NCBI GenBank assembly: GCA_051294905.1
Contig: CM119373.1
Coordinates: 374,001-438,000 of the forward strand
Source of the DNA: Botryllus schlosseri
Lineage: Eukaryota
DNA: 64,000 nucleotides
Reading direction: 5' to 3'
The first letter of the stretch is position 1. Every line of letters begins with the position of its first letter. A program made the position numbers and the translations under genes. Under the pieces are notes generated by a model. That model saw nothing but the letters and a program-made list of their open reading frames with translations, did no database searches and had not been told where the DNA came from. Of the stretch, positions 51,026-64,000 are shown one piece after another.

Positions 51026-52295
51026 CAGGGGTTCTCAGCCCTTTCTTGGCCGTGGCCCATTTTCCGGTTTGAAAATGTGCTGTGGCCCACATCTTATCTT
51101 AGACATAATCGTGTTCAATGCGTGGTAATCGTCGGCACCGATATGCCTATTGAACTAAAATATGCGTATTTTTCTCTTAATTTACTGATGATATTTAAAA
51201 CTACACCTCGGGGACAGGAAGTCGCGCGAAGCGCGAAGAAAATTTTCGAGTTGAATAAATATCCTCCGACAAACGACCAACGAAATAATCGTGGGCCCCT
51301 TCGAGTTCACCCAATTGGGGGTTTGGGTGCGGCAGTTGCGGCCCTAGTAGACCATAGGCTAGGGTTAGGGCTAAAATTCCCGTGTATATTGTGAATGTCC
51401 GCTCCTCCATTCGCGTCGCGAAGCACAATGATCAAATCCCCGCATCCACTGTGTGATTAGGGTTTTAGTTCCACTATTGTGGAGAATAATATAATCATTC
51501 TTGTCCAGCTTCAAACAATTCATTAATGAATGGGGTGCTATAGTACTACAGAGAACTGGAGAAAGAGTTTTATTAATATGCAGCTGAACAATGTACATTG
51601 TATAACATGTACCAAAGCAGCTGAAGTTGCGATGTCAGAATATTCAATCCAATGATACCATCAATTCATGTCATTATGTTCAATGATTTCCAGGCCGGAC
51701 ATTTTAAACCTACTCCAAAGATTAATGCTCTCCACTAAATCCTCAATCCATTTCGATTCGTTAAGGCTCTCCGCTAAATCCTCAATCCATTACGATTCGT
51801 TGCGGTGGTGCAGTATGCCTTCACCAGAAGTTGCCATTAATTTTCAATTATGGCTATTATTGTCTTACAATAATACGACCTGTCGAAGTACAGTATAATC
51901 TATACATCAATTACACTTCATTCCCAGTTTATTACACCCCCTTTCAACGGCATACGACATATGACCCGGCAGGAACACTTGGTTACTTCAGCACTACCTT
52001 CCAGTTATCATATACTTGAAATTACTTTAGTTGCTGTTAGCCGTAGGTTGTCATAGCCAGTGGAAAAAGTATACGTTTGTCTCTCCCGTATTTGACTTGT
52101 ACATGCTGACTCCATACGTACCACTCCGTCTCGTCAAAGTCGGATGAAGAGTTCATGAATATATTTCTGGCGTTGAACATAACAAATAAAACTAAACTTG
52201 CATTAATTCTAAAAAAATTTAAATACCCTTGTGGCCCACCTAAAAATGCTCTGTGGCCCACCAGTGGGTCATTGCCCACCCTTTGAGAACCCCTG
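51026..52295 (+). mobile_element. Complete 1270-bp non-autonomous Charlie/Buster-type hAT
   Basis: TIR caggggttctca...tgagaacccctg. Perfect TSD cgctagga. Confidence 0.92.
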
Positions 52296-52364
52296 CGCTA
52301 GGATCATCAAATGAAAGTGAAATTATAGCACAATTGCCGAGCTTATAGCTGCAAGACTATCTAC

Positions 52365-52687
52365 CAGAGGTCTCAAACACGCGACCCGCTCAAAGATCCG
52401 CTAGCGTCCTCTCGCATGATGTCTATTAGTCATTATTTTAACAAATTATGTCCAGCACAAAAACAATTTTGTTCAAATATTTGGATATATCATTGTTTTT
52501 CGGTGCCAAGCGTGAATAGTACAGTAGTAAATTACATTTTTACGGTGTTTGTGGAATGCCTGTCCTCATGGTTCCGTCAAACAAGGCCTACTTGGAAATT
52601 ATACATTGAATAACTCTGATGCGCGGTCCGCGGCGTCATCAACAATAGGAAATTGGCCCGCGAGCACATTTGAGTTTAAGATCTCTG
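52365..52687. mobile_element. Old hAT-type MITE
   Basis: Ends are cagaggtctcaaacacgcgacccgc...gagtttaagatctctg. The TSD has decayed. Confidence 0.55.
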
Positions 52688-55629
52688 CTAACATACAATT
52701 TAATAATATAGTCGTATTGTTGATATACAATATTCTTTGCAATTATTTACTAGTTGCTGACATTTACGGTTGACGAGTTTCAGCCGAAAGTATTCGTTTT
52801 CTTTCAATATCAATATAATATTCCATTGTTTAAAGGCATTCTGTTGACATGTTTCATCACACAACACCTTCGGAAACACTTGCTTCATTGGCCTATTAAT
52901 GAAACGGACATATATTGTTCTGTCTCATTAGAAAGCTGCATTATATAGCAGCAGGTACGATGCCACGTACAAAATATTCCTTACATTTATGCTTGGTAAA
53001 CCATTTGGTATTTATAAGCTACTATTGTTGTAAACAAGCCCGCGTTGAGAAGCCAGATTTATATAATTATATGTCTGTTCCGCGCCGAGTCAAGTCCGAG
53101 TTCCAGTGAGGGTGCAAAGAATCGAGTCTAGGTATCAGTGATCACAACTCGTTATCGAGTTCAAGTCAGGTTCAAGTCACTTACTTATACAACTGTTTTG
53201 GCGATATCGAATGTGACACCGAAGAATCGCGAATCTGGTCATTGCAACATTCCCAGGCTAGTACAGTGGTTCTCAACAATTGTCCCGCGATGACCTTGCT
53301 GCAGGTCCGCCAAATATATTACAATTGTACACCGAAATTCCAAGATGCAACATGTTGAAGGCTTGTCCATTGATAAAATAAATAAAACATTAAAGTTTAA
53401 ATTAAATCAGAACTCCATTGGGTAACATTATTTCTGCAAACACGTTCGATTTGACTTGAAGTTTGATTCGTGACATTTGACGGCATGCGAGCGACAAGTA
53501 CAAGCTGACTCACTAAACAGCGCAGGTTGCGCGATCATTCGTCTTCGAATAATTCATTTTGTGTGTGACTGTGACTGCCGCATCTCTAACCCCACAATTG
53601 GAACAGGGTCGAGCTTTAAGAGGACCCAAAATTATTTCTTGAATGAACATAAATTATTGAATATTTTACGAAATTTATCCAACTTTTTTCCATTTTTTTG
53701 GCGTAATCACTTAATGTCTTGATTATTAGGGGCCCTTCTCTAAAAAATTTAACTGATTTACAGACATCGGCATTCCAGCGTCAACAAATACCGTACCACC
53801 ACGCACCAACACAAAATGAAGTTTAGGTTAACATTGGACTGCGAAAATGTGTCAAAACATTCGGCCGCGAGAAACCGTTAGCCGAAAACAACTCCCCGTT
53901 GTTGTTCCGAAAACTTCGATGAATTGTCCATAGACGCCTAAATGGCTGTCACCGAATCTCACTGTCCTGACAATCTGTACCCACCAACAGGACAAATGCC
54001 ATACAGCAGACAAAAAATAGTTTCGAGTGAAGATATACCAGTTTGGAATCGTGTGCGTCTTCTAGTTTTGTACGCTTCGGCGGTTTCAATATCAATTCAA
54101 TATGTAACAGACGGTTTGTCACGAAATAATGGCATGTAAAGAAGTAATTATTCCAACAGGCCCACCCGAATATATTTAATTATTAGTTACGTGCCCTAAA
54201 ATCTCCAAGACGACACCTAACTCACCTCTACGGGAAATTCTGATAATTTTGATAGGATACAAAATTGATAGCAATATATATGCAAATACCAATATTATTG
54301 ACCGATTCAATGAGTCGAATGAGTGTGCTCACCAGTCCTGGTGTAAACATCCCTCAAACTGTGGGGTCTTGGGGCTGAACCCATAGAAGTTCGGTTTATC
54401 ACCCTGTGGGTGGTCCAAGACCAATGTTCCCTCTAATTTTTTACGACTCTGCGCGCACACACCAACTCACTGCGCGGTCCGTTGGATAACAGTGCGCAAC
54501 GACTAAAAAATCATCACTTCGGATATTTTGAGGGTTTTCGTGTGGTGCATAGTAGTTAGGGAAATGTGCGGAACTCGCGCATGCACCCTATTTACTTAAA
54601 CAAACCAAGATTATCAATATAATAGATAATTAAAGAAATATCTGATTCTCAATTTAGCAGCAATACTTTTATGACCCTGTGTGCGGCAATCAAAATGGGG
54701 GAATAATTAACGCTAGAGAGAAAAAGAACAAAGAATCCCGATTGACCTTTGTACTCTGGCCAGACACGAAACTTTGGATTGATTTATTATAATACATTGT
54801 AATTTTACTGTATTTTTCCACGATCTACAGCTGTCTTCGGTCGTACACGACGGAGCTTGATAATAGTTGCCTGCCCTGACCTGTTGTTCCGTGGTCCAAT
54901 TTCGTGGCTTGGGAACAATAGCCCGTCAAACTGGTTGACTTGTCGTTCCGTGGTTGATTCAATTTCGTGTACGGTAGGTCATGGGAATAATTGCCGGTCG
55001 TGACGCTAGTATAGTTTTCTCCTAATCCGTGAGATCCTGGTGCGTGTTTTAGATGTCAATAGGCTCGACTGTACAAAGTGACGCTTGTTGTCTGTCTCAT
55101 ATACATATTGTCGTACTTGACCCCTGTGATTTGTTGTCGACCCAGACGGTAACGAGAAATGTTCTGTTATGGTTATAAATATGCGTGTCATATCGAGAAC
55201 AACAAGGAATGTCGTGTAGTGGAAATGTGTATTAGGCGCCCCAGCATAGATTAACTTAAATAAAGTAACATTATGAGTATAATAAGTAATTAAAGAAATA
55301 GCTGATTCTCAATTTGGCTTACATCAACGTGTTAACTTCCGATATTACGTACCTAGTAATTGGTGCAAGCAACAACTGCTGTTCCACACCTTTACCACGT
55401 TCTAGCGTCTTCATATACGACGCACAGTCCCAACCAAACAATGTATTTATGATGGGTTCTTTTACTGCTTCACGTCTGGTCAAGCGTAATCATGCCGGTG
55501 ACTGCAAATGATATACAATTTACCGCGGCATATTAATTTTGTATGCTGTACATGATGTACAACTTGAATCGATCAGTTGGCGAACTAATGCTTTACCCGT
55601 CTGTACGATATATATCGATCGCGAGCTCA

Positions 55630-55885
55630 CCACGCACTGGTCGTTCGAGAGCGACTAATTTCGCTATAGACAATCAGTTGTGTTCGCGTGTACCGTAACA
55701 TAACCTCAACACTTGTTATGCCAACACCAATATCATACTAAGGATATATTGCTTCGGCAGCCACGCACTGTCGTTCGAATTCGACTAATTTCGCTGCAGA
55801 CAACGAGTTGTGCTCACGTGTGCCGTAACATATCCTCAACACGTGTTATGCCAACACCTCCAAAACATATTTGCAGCATCATTCT
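55630..55885 (+). repeat. Diverged ~130-bp tandem duplication
   Basis: ccacgcactg.tcgttcga..cgactaatttcgct..agacaa...ccgtaacata.cctcaacac.tgttatgccaacacc occurs twice. Confidence 0.8.
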
Positions 55886-56029
55886 ACGGATATATTGACT
55901 CGGCGGAGTGTTACCGTCAGAGAATTGCTCCGTCACGCCTTCGAGCCTCGCATTTCCCGTTCTAACTCGGTAACTGCGAGTATGATGTCAGATTCAATTA
56001 TACAGTGACGAATCGGGGTAGCTCGCTTC

Positions 56030-57155
56030 CAGGGGCGTAGACAGGGGGGTAGAATTGAAGAACGTTCTACCCCCTTCCAGGCTCGATTCTATCCAGAAAA
56101 TCCCAAGTCAACGCTACTGCTATGACAACATTTCTTCACGTTATCGCCTAATTTCAATTTGCTGCGCGCGACGCCGATCGCCGACGCTGATTACATGCCT
56201 TTTTCTCGTCGATCTCTCGTCTATGGAAGCGCGTCTATGCAAGCGTGAAAGGGGCATTGTTACATTTTTATCTTGGCGAGGGTTAGCGATCAGCTTAATC
56301 CCTTTATTCTGAATGCACTCGTCGCGCAATAATAACATTTGTCGCGTCGTTCACGCGTTGGTTTTCTCATCAACAGTTCATTGTAAACGATAACGAACAT
56401 TAATAACATGAAAATAACAACTTATAACTGAATGAAATCATGTTTTAAAGCAATCGCTTCTGATTCGTGTTTTGCCGAACTCAAGCCTGTTCCCCAAAAC
56501 AGCGTGAAGACACAATACATTCGATTCGCATTTTATTTTTGACGCCATTGTTGTGCGTTGTCTTGACCTCAATGACCATGTATACGTCATACTAGATTAT
56601 GCCTTTCGTGATCGGTATCCCACCGGGACGCATTCAGCCTTCAATAGCCGCGCCGAAACTTGTTTGAGATTCCCTCGCTTTGCGAATAAGTCATTATTCA
56701 CACGCCGGTACAATTAGTATATGCGCCATGTTCGAAATGATTGGAATTAAAACGCCGAGAAGACGTTACTCTTACACGCGAATTGAATCATGTCAAAATT
56801 CATGAAGATATACCAGATTCTGCGCTGTGTAGATTGTTCGTCGTGAAATGTTGTTCTGGTATTGTTTCAAGGTCGATACTTATTTGAATACAAATAAGAT
56901 CTCCTGCACTGTCACGGGATGAGCGCGTGCGCATCGTAATATGATCCCGGTGCAAGTTGTTGATTGCTAACACGATCCCCGTGCACGCTGTTGATTGCTA
57001 ACTCGCTTTCAGTAATTAGATCCGCCAATTAGTTATGCTTTCAAAAGCGTACGGAATACAGAAGTCGCTATCGCTAAAGGTATGACGCATAGAGGCTCAT
57101 TCTGCCCCCTTTATTCAGTTCCACCCCCTTTTTATCTGGGCTGGCTACGCCCCTG
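56030..57155. mobile_element. Non-autonomous hAT (Tip100-like termini)
   Basis: TIR caggggcgtag.cag...ctggctacgcccctg. Perfect TSD ctcgcttc. Confidence 0.88.
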
Positions 57156-57690
57156 CTCGCTTCATCGGGGATCAGTGGACTGACCTTATTTGGCTGAAAC
57201 GCGCTCGGTTTCGGTGGTGCAGTAATGGGAATGAATTGTGACAGATCATACGTGATGCGATCTATAGCCTGCTTTCGGTGAGGTGTAAAGATGAGTGGGA
57301 GATTTCGAAATCGGAATCCACTGCGACTATAGGGTTGCAAAATCAAAGTCCAAAAAATCTGACTGGCACGCAAAGTCCTGGTATTTCCATGTATTAGGCT
57401 GGTAAAATGTAGCATAAATCCGACTCTCAAAGACACTTGGTCGCATCCAGCCCGGGTTTAACCAAAACTGATGAAATCTGCGCCGGGTCCGGAAACGAAT
57501 CGTGACCACCCCCGTCCATACAAAACAGTTCTGCTGTAAGGGGAGTGTCGCCGTACATTAATTTGCGTACAGCGAGACTTTGTATCGACTCATTGGCGGA
57601 CTTCTGTTTGTCTGTACAGGTGTTATTAGTGTCATTAGATCTGCCACCACAAGGAGCATATTGGCAAAATCACACAACGATAACAACTTT

Positions 57691-59541
57691 ACCCGCCAAC
57701 AACTCTCATGACTTGTCGTTGGTACGCTTCCAACTTCGATGTGGTGTGATGTACGCGAATCAGCTGTGATCAATCGAGCGTGACACAATCGATGTCAGTC
57801 ATCAATCCGCCTGTTTGGAAAAACTCGCGTTTTCGGGGAGGGTTGACAGCAACACAATACGATGCATTTGATGTCACCATCGACCCCCCTATTTTAATAG
57901 GGTTACCATACGTCCTCATTTAGGGGAGGATATGTCCTCCTTTTCCCAGATATACCCCCACTTCGACCAAATGTACCTTGTCAATTTGCTCCCTTGTTAG
58001 CTCAAAATCTCCAAAAAACACCGCGAATTACGCAAAATGCGGGCCTAGTTTACGAAAGTCGAGTATTTAGGTAGTCAAGTCGAAAAAATGACCCTGATGG
58101 CATTGCGCGGGATGTTACGTGGATACGGGCCCGTGTAAACATGTATTGGTGAATAGTTAAAGCGACCCAAGCTACCATCACATGATAAAATCGATCGCAC
58201 TCGACCGTCCCTGTCGGGATCTACCCACCTTAGTACAGCCAAATGATCCGATGTCGTACCGAGAATATACGGGGGTGCTGATACATCATTCTCACAAGAT
58301 GTACTTTGGAACGTGTGTGAAATCGGCATCGTCCGTTACTCGACTGAAGCAAGTCGCCACTGCAATCCCTCTCTGTGTTACACAACGTACTAGGTACTGC
58401 AGATCTAGACGAGACTACGCATTCTGGCGAGGTTATCGAGATAGCTGGAGCGCTTTACAACACATGCTTAATTTACTTCAAATGGAAGCACAAAATATAG
58501 CTTTGAAATACTCAAGTAGAAGTAGTTTTAAAGAAATGTCGGTATCGTGAAATCGCTTTCTATCCTAATTATAAAGAGTAGGTCCCCATAAAACTGTCGA
58601 GCCAAAATGCAGTTTCGAAGCAATCCAGTAATTTGTAAATCTTATTTATGGGTTGCACGGTGTGCTAATTGATTAGAGAGAAGCAGACACGGCGGTGCCT
58701 GTATAACAAGGCTGTTCTCAAATCCACATTGTCTTCTTTACTATCGGCGAGATATGGCTTTGCAGTGACATTGCGGTCGTTAAAATACATTGATTAAATA
58801 CGATTTATCCCTCGTATATGGGGGATCAATGGGCGAATAATGTATCGATTCAGCAATTCGGCCCGCCAAGTACCTAATTTTCTTATATCCGGCCCGCCGA
58901 CTGAAGAAGTTGCCCGCTCCCTTGTATAACAAATATGTAAATTGGGCAATAGCGACAGCTAACGGTTGTCAATCATCAATAAAAACACACCTAGGCAGTA
59001 ATCTATACAGCTGTCAAGGATAAACTAGGAATATCTGTGTGAGTCGCCTTGAATGACCCATGGGGTAAGTTGAGACACAAAAGCTTTTTGAGGTGTGATA
59101 TAATGCCAGTAATTGTACTATATTTTTCCACGCACACATACCACAATCGAAAACGGGGTTCGTCTGTCTCATTCCCAGCGATTGCCTCGAGCAAAAGTGT
59201 AGGGTATAAGTGACCATGGGTCTACGCCGAGTCTGTCCAACACTTTTGAGTAGATATTTGGAAAGACCGGCTCGTGATCACCTCCATACAAGGCATAATA
59301 GTTCTGCGTGCAGCGAAACTTTGTAGTGACCTATTTGCGGGCTGTGTATGTGTTGTTAGTGCAATCGTGTTTAGCACCACAAGAATGTAGTAATTTGAGG
59401 ATGAATAAAATCTTACCCCACAACAATACCAGCTTTACCCCCTCGACGACTCCGACGGTATGTATTTATGTAGATTTCATATTATTATGAATAGCTAATC
59501 AACCACAAGATACTGTTACGTGCCATCTCCTTTTGGTAGGG
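57691..59541 (+). repeat. Left arm of a large inverted repeat (may extend further left)
   Basis: Reverse complement of 62150-64000. Five ORF-track translations are identical in mirror image, with coordinate sum 121691. Confidence 0.95.
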
Positions 59542-62149
59542 AGTAAAAAGAGGCTTTCGGTATACCCTTCCGAAACGTATGGTCACGGGGGCATGGGCGG
59601 GCGCCCCGGAGACTGGGGACATACCTTATTAGTAATTTTATCGCACGACTTATTTTAGCACCGGGTAATTTTAATACCTTTTTGAAGATGTTGTGTTTTA
59701 TTTGACGAAGTCAGAGGTTTGTTTCACACGGTGGTGATTACGAGCGATAAATTGCAAACATAATTTCACACAGCAGGTGTCCTGACGGGTCGCGGTGCGG
59801 GACAATAAAGACGGTTACCGTGCGAGACGTACAAGTCACCATAGCTACACAGAGGTTGTCAGCAATGCCGCTACTTTTTTCCGGGTACTCGAGTCGATTC
59901 TGTCTACTCGCCCTGCAGCAAGTTATCAATGTGGCTAGCTTATTCTACGTTTCTCTAGGAAGCCACTTACTTTTAATAGTTGATAAAAGTTTAGCGACAC
60001 CCTCCATATCATGCGACGATAGCGGAACTGTTAGGCTTGACTAGAGTTGACCACGATACGGACACGCATTTTCATCGGCTCGATGTGGAACTGTCTTTAA
60101 GAGTCGTCCGGGTTTTACCCTCCCAATACGCGGGAATAACGAGGCTTTACGTACCAGCCGTATCGTTTGGAACTTCGAATTGTCGCCCTGAGCTGACATA
60201 GCATCCGAGCCAATTTTCTTTTTCAACCCGCACGGCTATAAGTCTGCAAGTAGCAGATTGATGAGCCGTGCCCGATCACAGTTGACCTTCCCCAGCAAAA
60301 ACCTGTTTAAACGGCAACTGTGAGGATCAGTAGACGCTGATTCGCCTACACTACAGTAATTCAGTCATGGTACCATTCAAGTAAATGGGTATTTCTGTAG
60401 TATATGACTGATAATAATTGCCAATATGTTCTGTTGGGGATGTGGGCATAACAGGCGAATTGCGAATTTAGCTTTCCATAACGAGTGTCACCAGAACATA
60501 TTCAGGCTTATTTCCATGCCGATCCATTCTTGTATCGATTTGTTGAGGAAATAACGATTTCAAGGATGCAACTCTATCCGAAGTACTCGATTATGATTTG
60601 TCCATCTGTGCTATATGAGTCGTTATGTTTCAGACTGCCTCCGCTTCAACAGTTTTAGGTGTAGCTACTTACTTTTCGGGCGTTGGGATATTGAAATGTG
60701 TAAAGTAGTTTATAAAGGAATTTACCACACTCTTACGACATTATCAATCAGACACCAAAATCCGTGGGCTCGTCTCGCTAGACAGTGGGGGGGGGGGGGG
60801 GGGATAGATCATACATAAAAACACTTGATAACCAGGCGGTATCTATGTTAGTGAGAGGGATCTAATTGAATATCGATATACAAAGGCAACGTCGCGGCGC
60901 CATACGCGTCGCATAATTCCACAGGATAATGAGAGTTTTACGGGCTTGAGTATCCCACTGTTGATCAGTCTTGGGGTGTCGCTAATCTGTATTGTCTAAC
61001 CACAGAGCCGTAATATAGACAACGCGGTAATACTGTATATTTCAAGGGTGGGCAAAAGTATATCTTTTTGACAGCAGATCGACGCAAATCACAAAATTAA
61101 TATACGATCGATACCAACATGGTATACCATTTTACACACAACGGATTGAATACGCAGGTGGTGATCAGGTTTTAATCGATTTTTAATGAGGTCGGGCACA
61201 GGATAAAGTGGTTTGAGATTTAAATTGAATTTGCTTCACTGAAATACACAAAACAATACCACGTTTTTAGGTTCCACCCCCGGTTTTTCAAACTCTTTCA
61301 AATTGCAAGCCGAAGCCAGATGGACTTGACTGTCGAGTTGTACTGAATCTGAAAACGTGTCAGCGGAAAATATCGCGGGTTATTTCCATATCTGTATATT
61401 ATTTCTTCGGTTTTTGTGTTGTGGACTTGGGTTGAGTAATGGTGTCACGGTACTGATTCGAGTACTCGGTACTTGTGCTGTATACTCAAGTCGTTTTAAC
61501 TTACTCCTCAAACGTTTCAGGTGAAATTACTTACTCTTTACACGTTTGAATTCAAAAAAGCAGAAAGTATAGTTTTGTAATGAGTTTACTTCACTTTTAT
61601 AAAGTTATCAATCAGACCTACACCAAAATCCTACATTTGAATAACAGGAATATGCAAAAACAGCAAGATAGACCCTACCCGTCTCTCGTAGGTCCTCATT
61701 TCGCGTTATTCATCGTCTTTTGGGTATTTTAAGCCGAAACGGAGAATAAATTAACACAAAAAAGGAGTACATTTGTGCGGGGGATATTTTCCTAGAGAGG
61801 GGGGACGTACGGCAACCCCCATTAGTATCAATGGGGGCATCAAATATATCGCATTGCCGTCAACCTTACTGAATATACGAGTTTTCTCAAACAGCTGATA
61901 GGACTGACTTCGATAGAGTCACTCTCGAGTGATCACAGCTGATTTGCGCACATCACACCGAAATTACAAGCACTCGTACGACAAGCGATGAGAGCCCGTC
62001 AGTGTGATCATCGTTTCCGTTGTAAAAACAAGATTGCTTTTATCGAATACCCCACCGTCAGACGGGTGTATCACTAACGAATTCCCCTACCCTTTTAGAG
62101 CTAGTGTAAAAGGCCATAGCTCCCGACCATCATGTTACAATACGAACAA

Positions 62150-64000
62150 CCCTACCAAAAGGAGATGGCACGTAACAGTATCTTGTGGTTGATTAGCTAT
62201 TCATAATAATATGAAATCTACATAAATACATACCGTCGGAGTCGTCGAGGGGGTAAAGCTGGTATTGTTGTGGGGTAAGATTTTATTCATCCTCAAATTA
62301 CTACATTCTTGTGGTGCTAAACACGATTGCACTAACAACACATACACAGCCCGCAAATAGGTCACTACAAAGTTTCGCTGCACGCAGAACTATTATGCCT
62401 TGTATGGAGGTGATCACGAGCCGGTCTTTCCAAATATCTACTCAAAAGTGTTGGACAGACTCGGCGTAGACCCATGGTCACTTATACCCTACACTTTTGC
62501 TCGAGGCAATCGCTGGGAATGAGACAGACGAACCCCGTTTTCGATTGTGGTATGTGTGCGTGGAAAAATATAGTACAATTACTGGCATTATATCACACCT
62601 CAAAAAGCTTTTGTGTCTCAACTTACCCCATGGGTCATTCAAGGCGACTCACACAGATATTCCTAGTTTATCCTTGACAGCTGTATAGATTACTGCCTAG
62701 GTGTGTTTTTATTGATGATTGACAACCGTTAGCTGTCGCTATTGCCCAATTTACATATTTGTTATACAAGGGAGCGGGCAACTTCTTCAGTCGGCGGGCC
62801 GGATATAAGAAAATTAGGTACTTGGCGGGCCGAATTGCTGAATCGATACATTATTCGCCCATTGATCCCCCATATACGAGGGATAAATCGTATTTAATCA
62901 ATGTATTTTAACGACCGCAATGTCACTGCAAAGCCATATCTCGCCGATAGTAAAGAAGACAATGTGGATTTGAGAACAGCCTTGTTATACAGGCACCGCC
63001 GTGTCTGCTTCTCTCTAATCAATTAGCACACCGTGCAACCCATAAATAAGATTTACAAATTACTGGATTGCTTCGAAACTGCATTTTGGCTCGACAGTTT
63101 TATGGGGACCTACTCTTTATAATTAGGATAGAAAGCGATTTCACGATACCGACATTTCTTTAAAACTACTTCTACTTGAGTATTTCAAAGCTATATTTTG
63201 TGCTTCCATTTGAAGTAAATTAAGCATGTGTTGTAAAGCGCTCCAGCTATCTCGATAACCTCGCCAGAATGCGTAGTCTCGTCTAGATCTGCAGTACCTA
63301 GTACGTTGTGTAACACAGAGAGGGATTGCAGTGGCGACTTGCTTCAGTCGAGTAACGGACGATGCCGATTTCACACACGTTCCAAAGTACATCTTGTGAG
63401 AATGATGTATCAGCACCCCCGTATATTCTCGGTACGACATCGGATCATTTGGCTGTACTAAGGTGGGTAGATCCCGACAGGGACGGTCGAGTGCGATCGA
63501 TTTTATCATGTGATGGTAGCTTGGGTCGCTTTAACTATTCACCAATACATGTTTACACGGGCCCGTATCCACGTAACATCCCGCGCAATGCCATCAGGGT
63601 CATTTTTTCGACTTGACTACCTAAATACTCGACTTTCGTAAACTAGGCCCGCATTTTGCGTAATTCGCGGTGTTTTTTGGAGATTTTGAGCTAACAAGGG
63701 AGCAAATTGACAAGGTACATTTGGTCGAAGTGGGGGTATATCTGGGAAAAGGAGGACATATCCTCCCCTAAATGAGGACGTATGGTAACCCTATTAAAAT
63801 AGGGGGGTCGATGGTGACATCAAATGCATCGTATTGTGTTGCTGTCAACCCTCCCCGAAAACGCGAGTTTTTCCAAACAGGCGGATTGATGACTGACATC
63901 GATTGTGTCACGCTCGATTGATCACAGCTGATTCGCGTACATCACACCACATCGAAGTTGGAAGCGTACCAACGACAAGTCATGAGAGTTGTTGGCGGGT
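62150..64000 (-). repeat. Right arm of the large inverted repeat (runs off the window end)
   Basis: Mirror of 57691-59541. The inner junction ccctaccaaaaggagatggca matches. Confidence 0.95.

Noticed and set aside
57465..57505. CTGATGA...GAAAC hammerhead-like core
   Set aside because: Stem II and the flanking helices do not pair convincingly.
58075..63616. Mirror-identical ORFs of 60-122 aa in the inverted arms
   Set aside because: They result from the inverted repeat and show no protein-family signal.

Overview
This is AT-rich eukaryotic DNA from an invertebrate animal. Short GT-AG introns and the NLR style suggest a tunicate or other invertebrate deuterostome, but that is inference. I assembled two apparently intact spliced host genes by hand, both on the minus strand: a 13-exon NACHT-LRR (NLR-like) gene at 36081-45836 with no visible N-terminal death fold, and a 4-exon gene at 4914-7755 with an unrecognised helical N-terminus and a C-terminal death domain. 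Most of the rest is transposon-derived. The centre (20830-34547) is a five-deep nest defined by target-site duplications (TSDs): hAT > P-superfamily > Buster-type hAT > an 8-bp-TSD element carrying a spliced Ulp1/SENP protease remnant > Blackjack-like MITE. A Kolobok element sits in the same P element, with a dead THAP-DDE transposase and an intact 4-exon KolX (P2X7-ballast-like) gene. At 14855-19713 a tandem Helitron-like insertion is bracketed by a 72-bp duplication and interrupted by a second P-like element. The window ends in an apparently perfect inverted repeat with arms of at least 1851 bp around a 2.6-kb spacer. All calls were made by eye; no searches were run.
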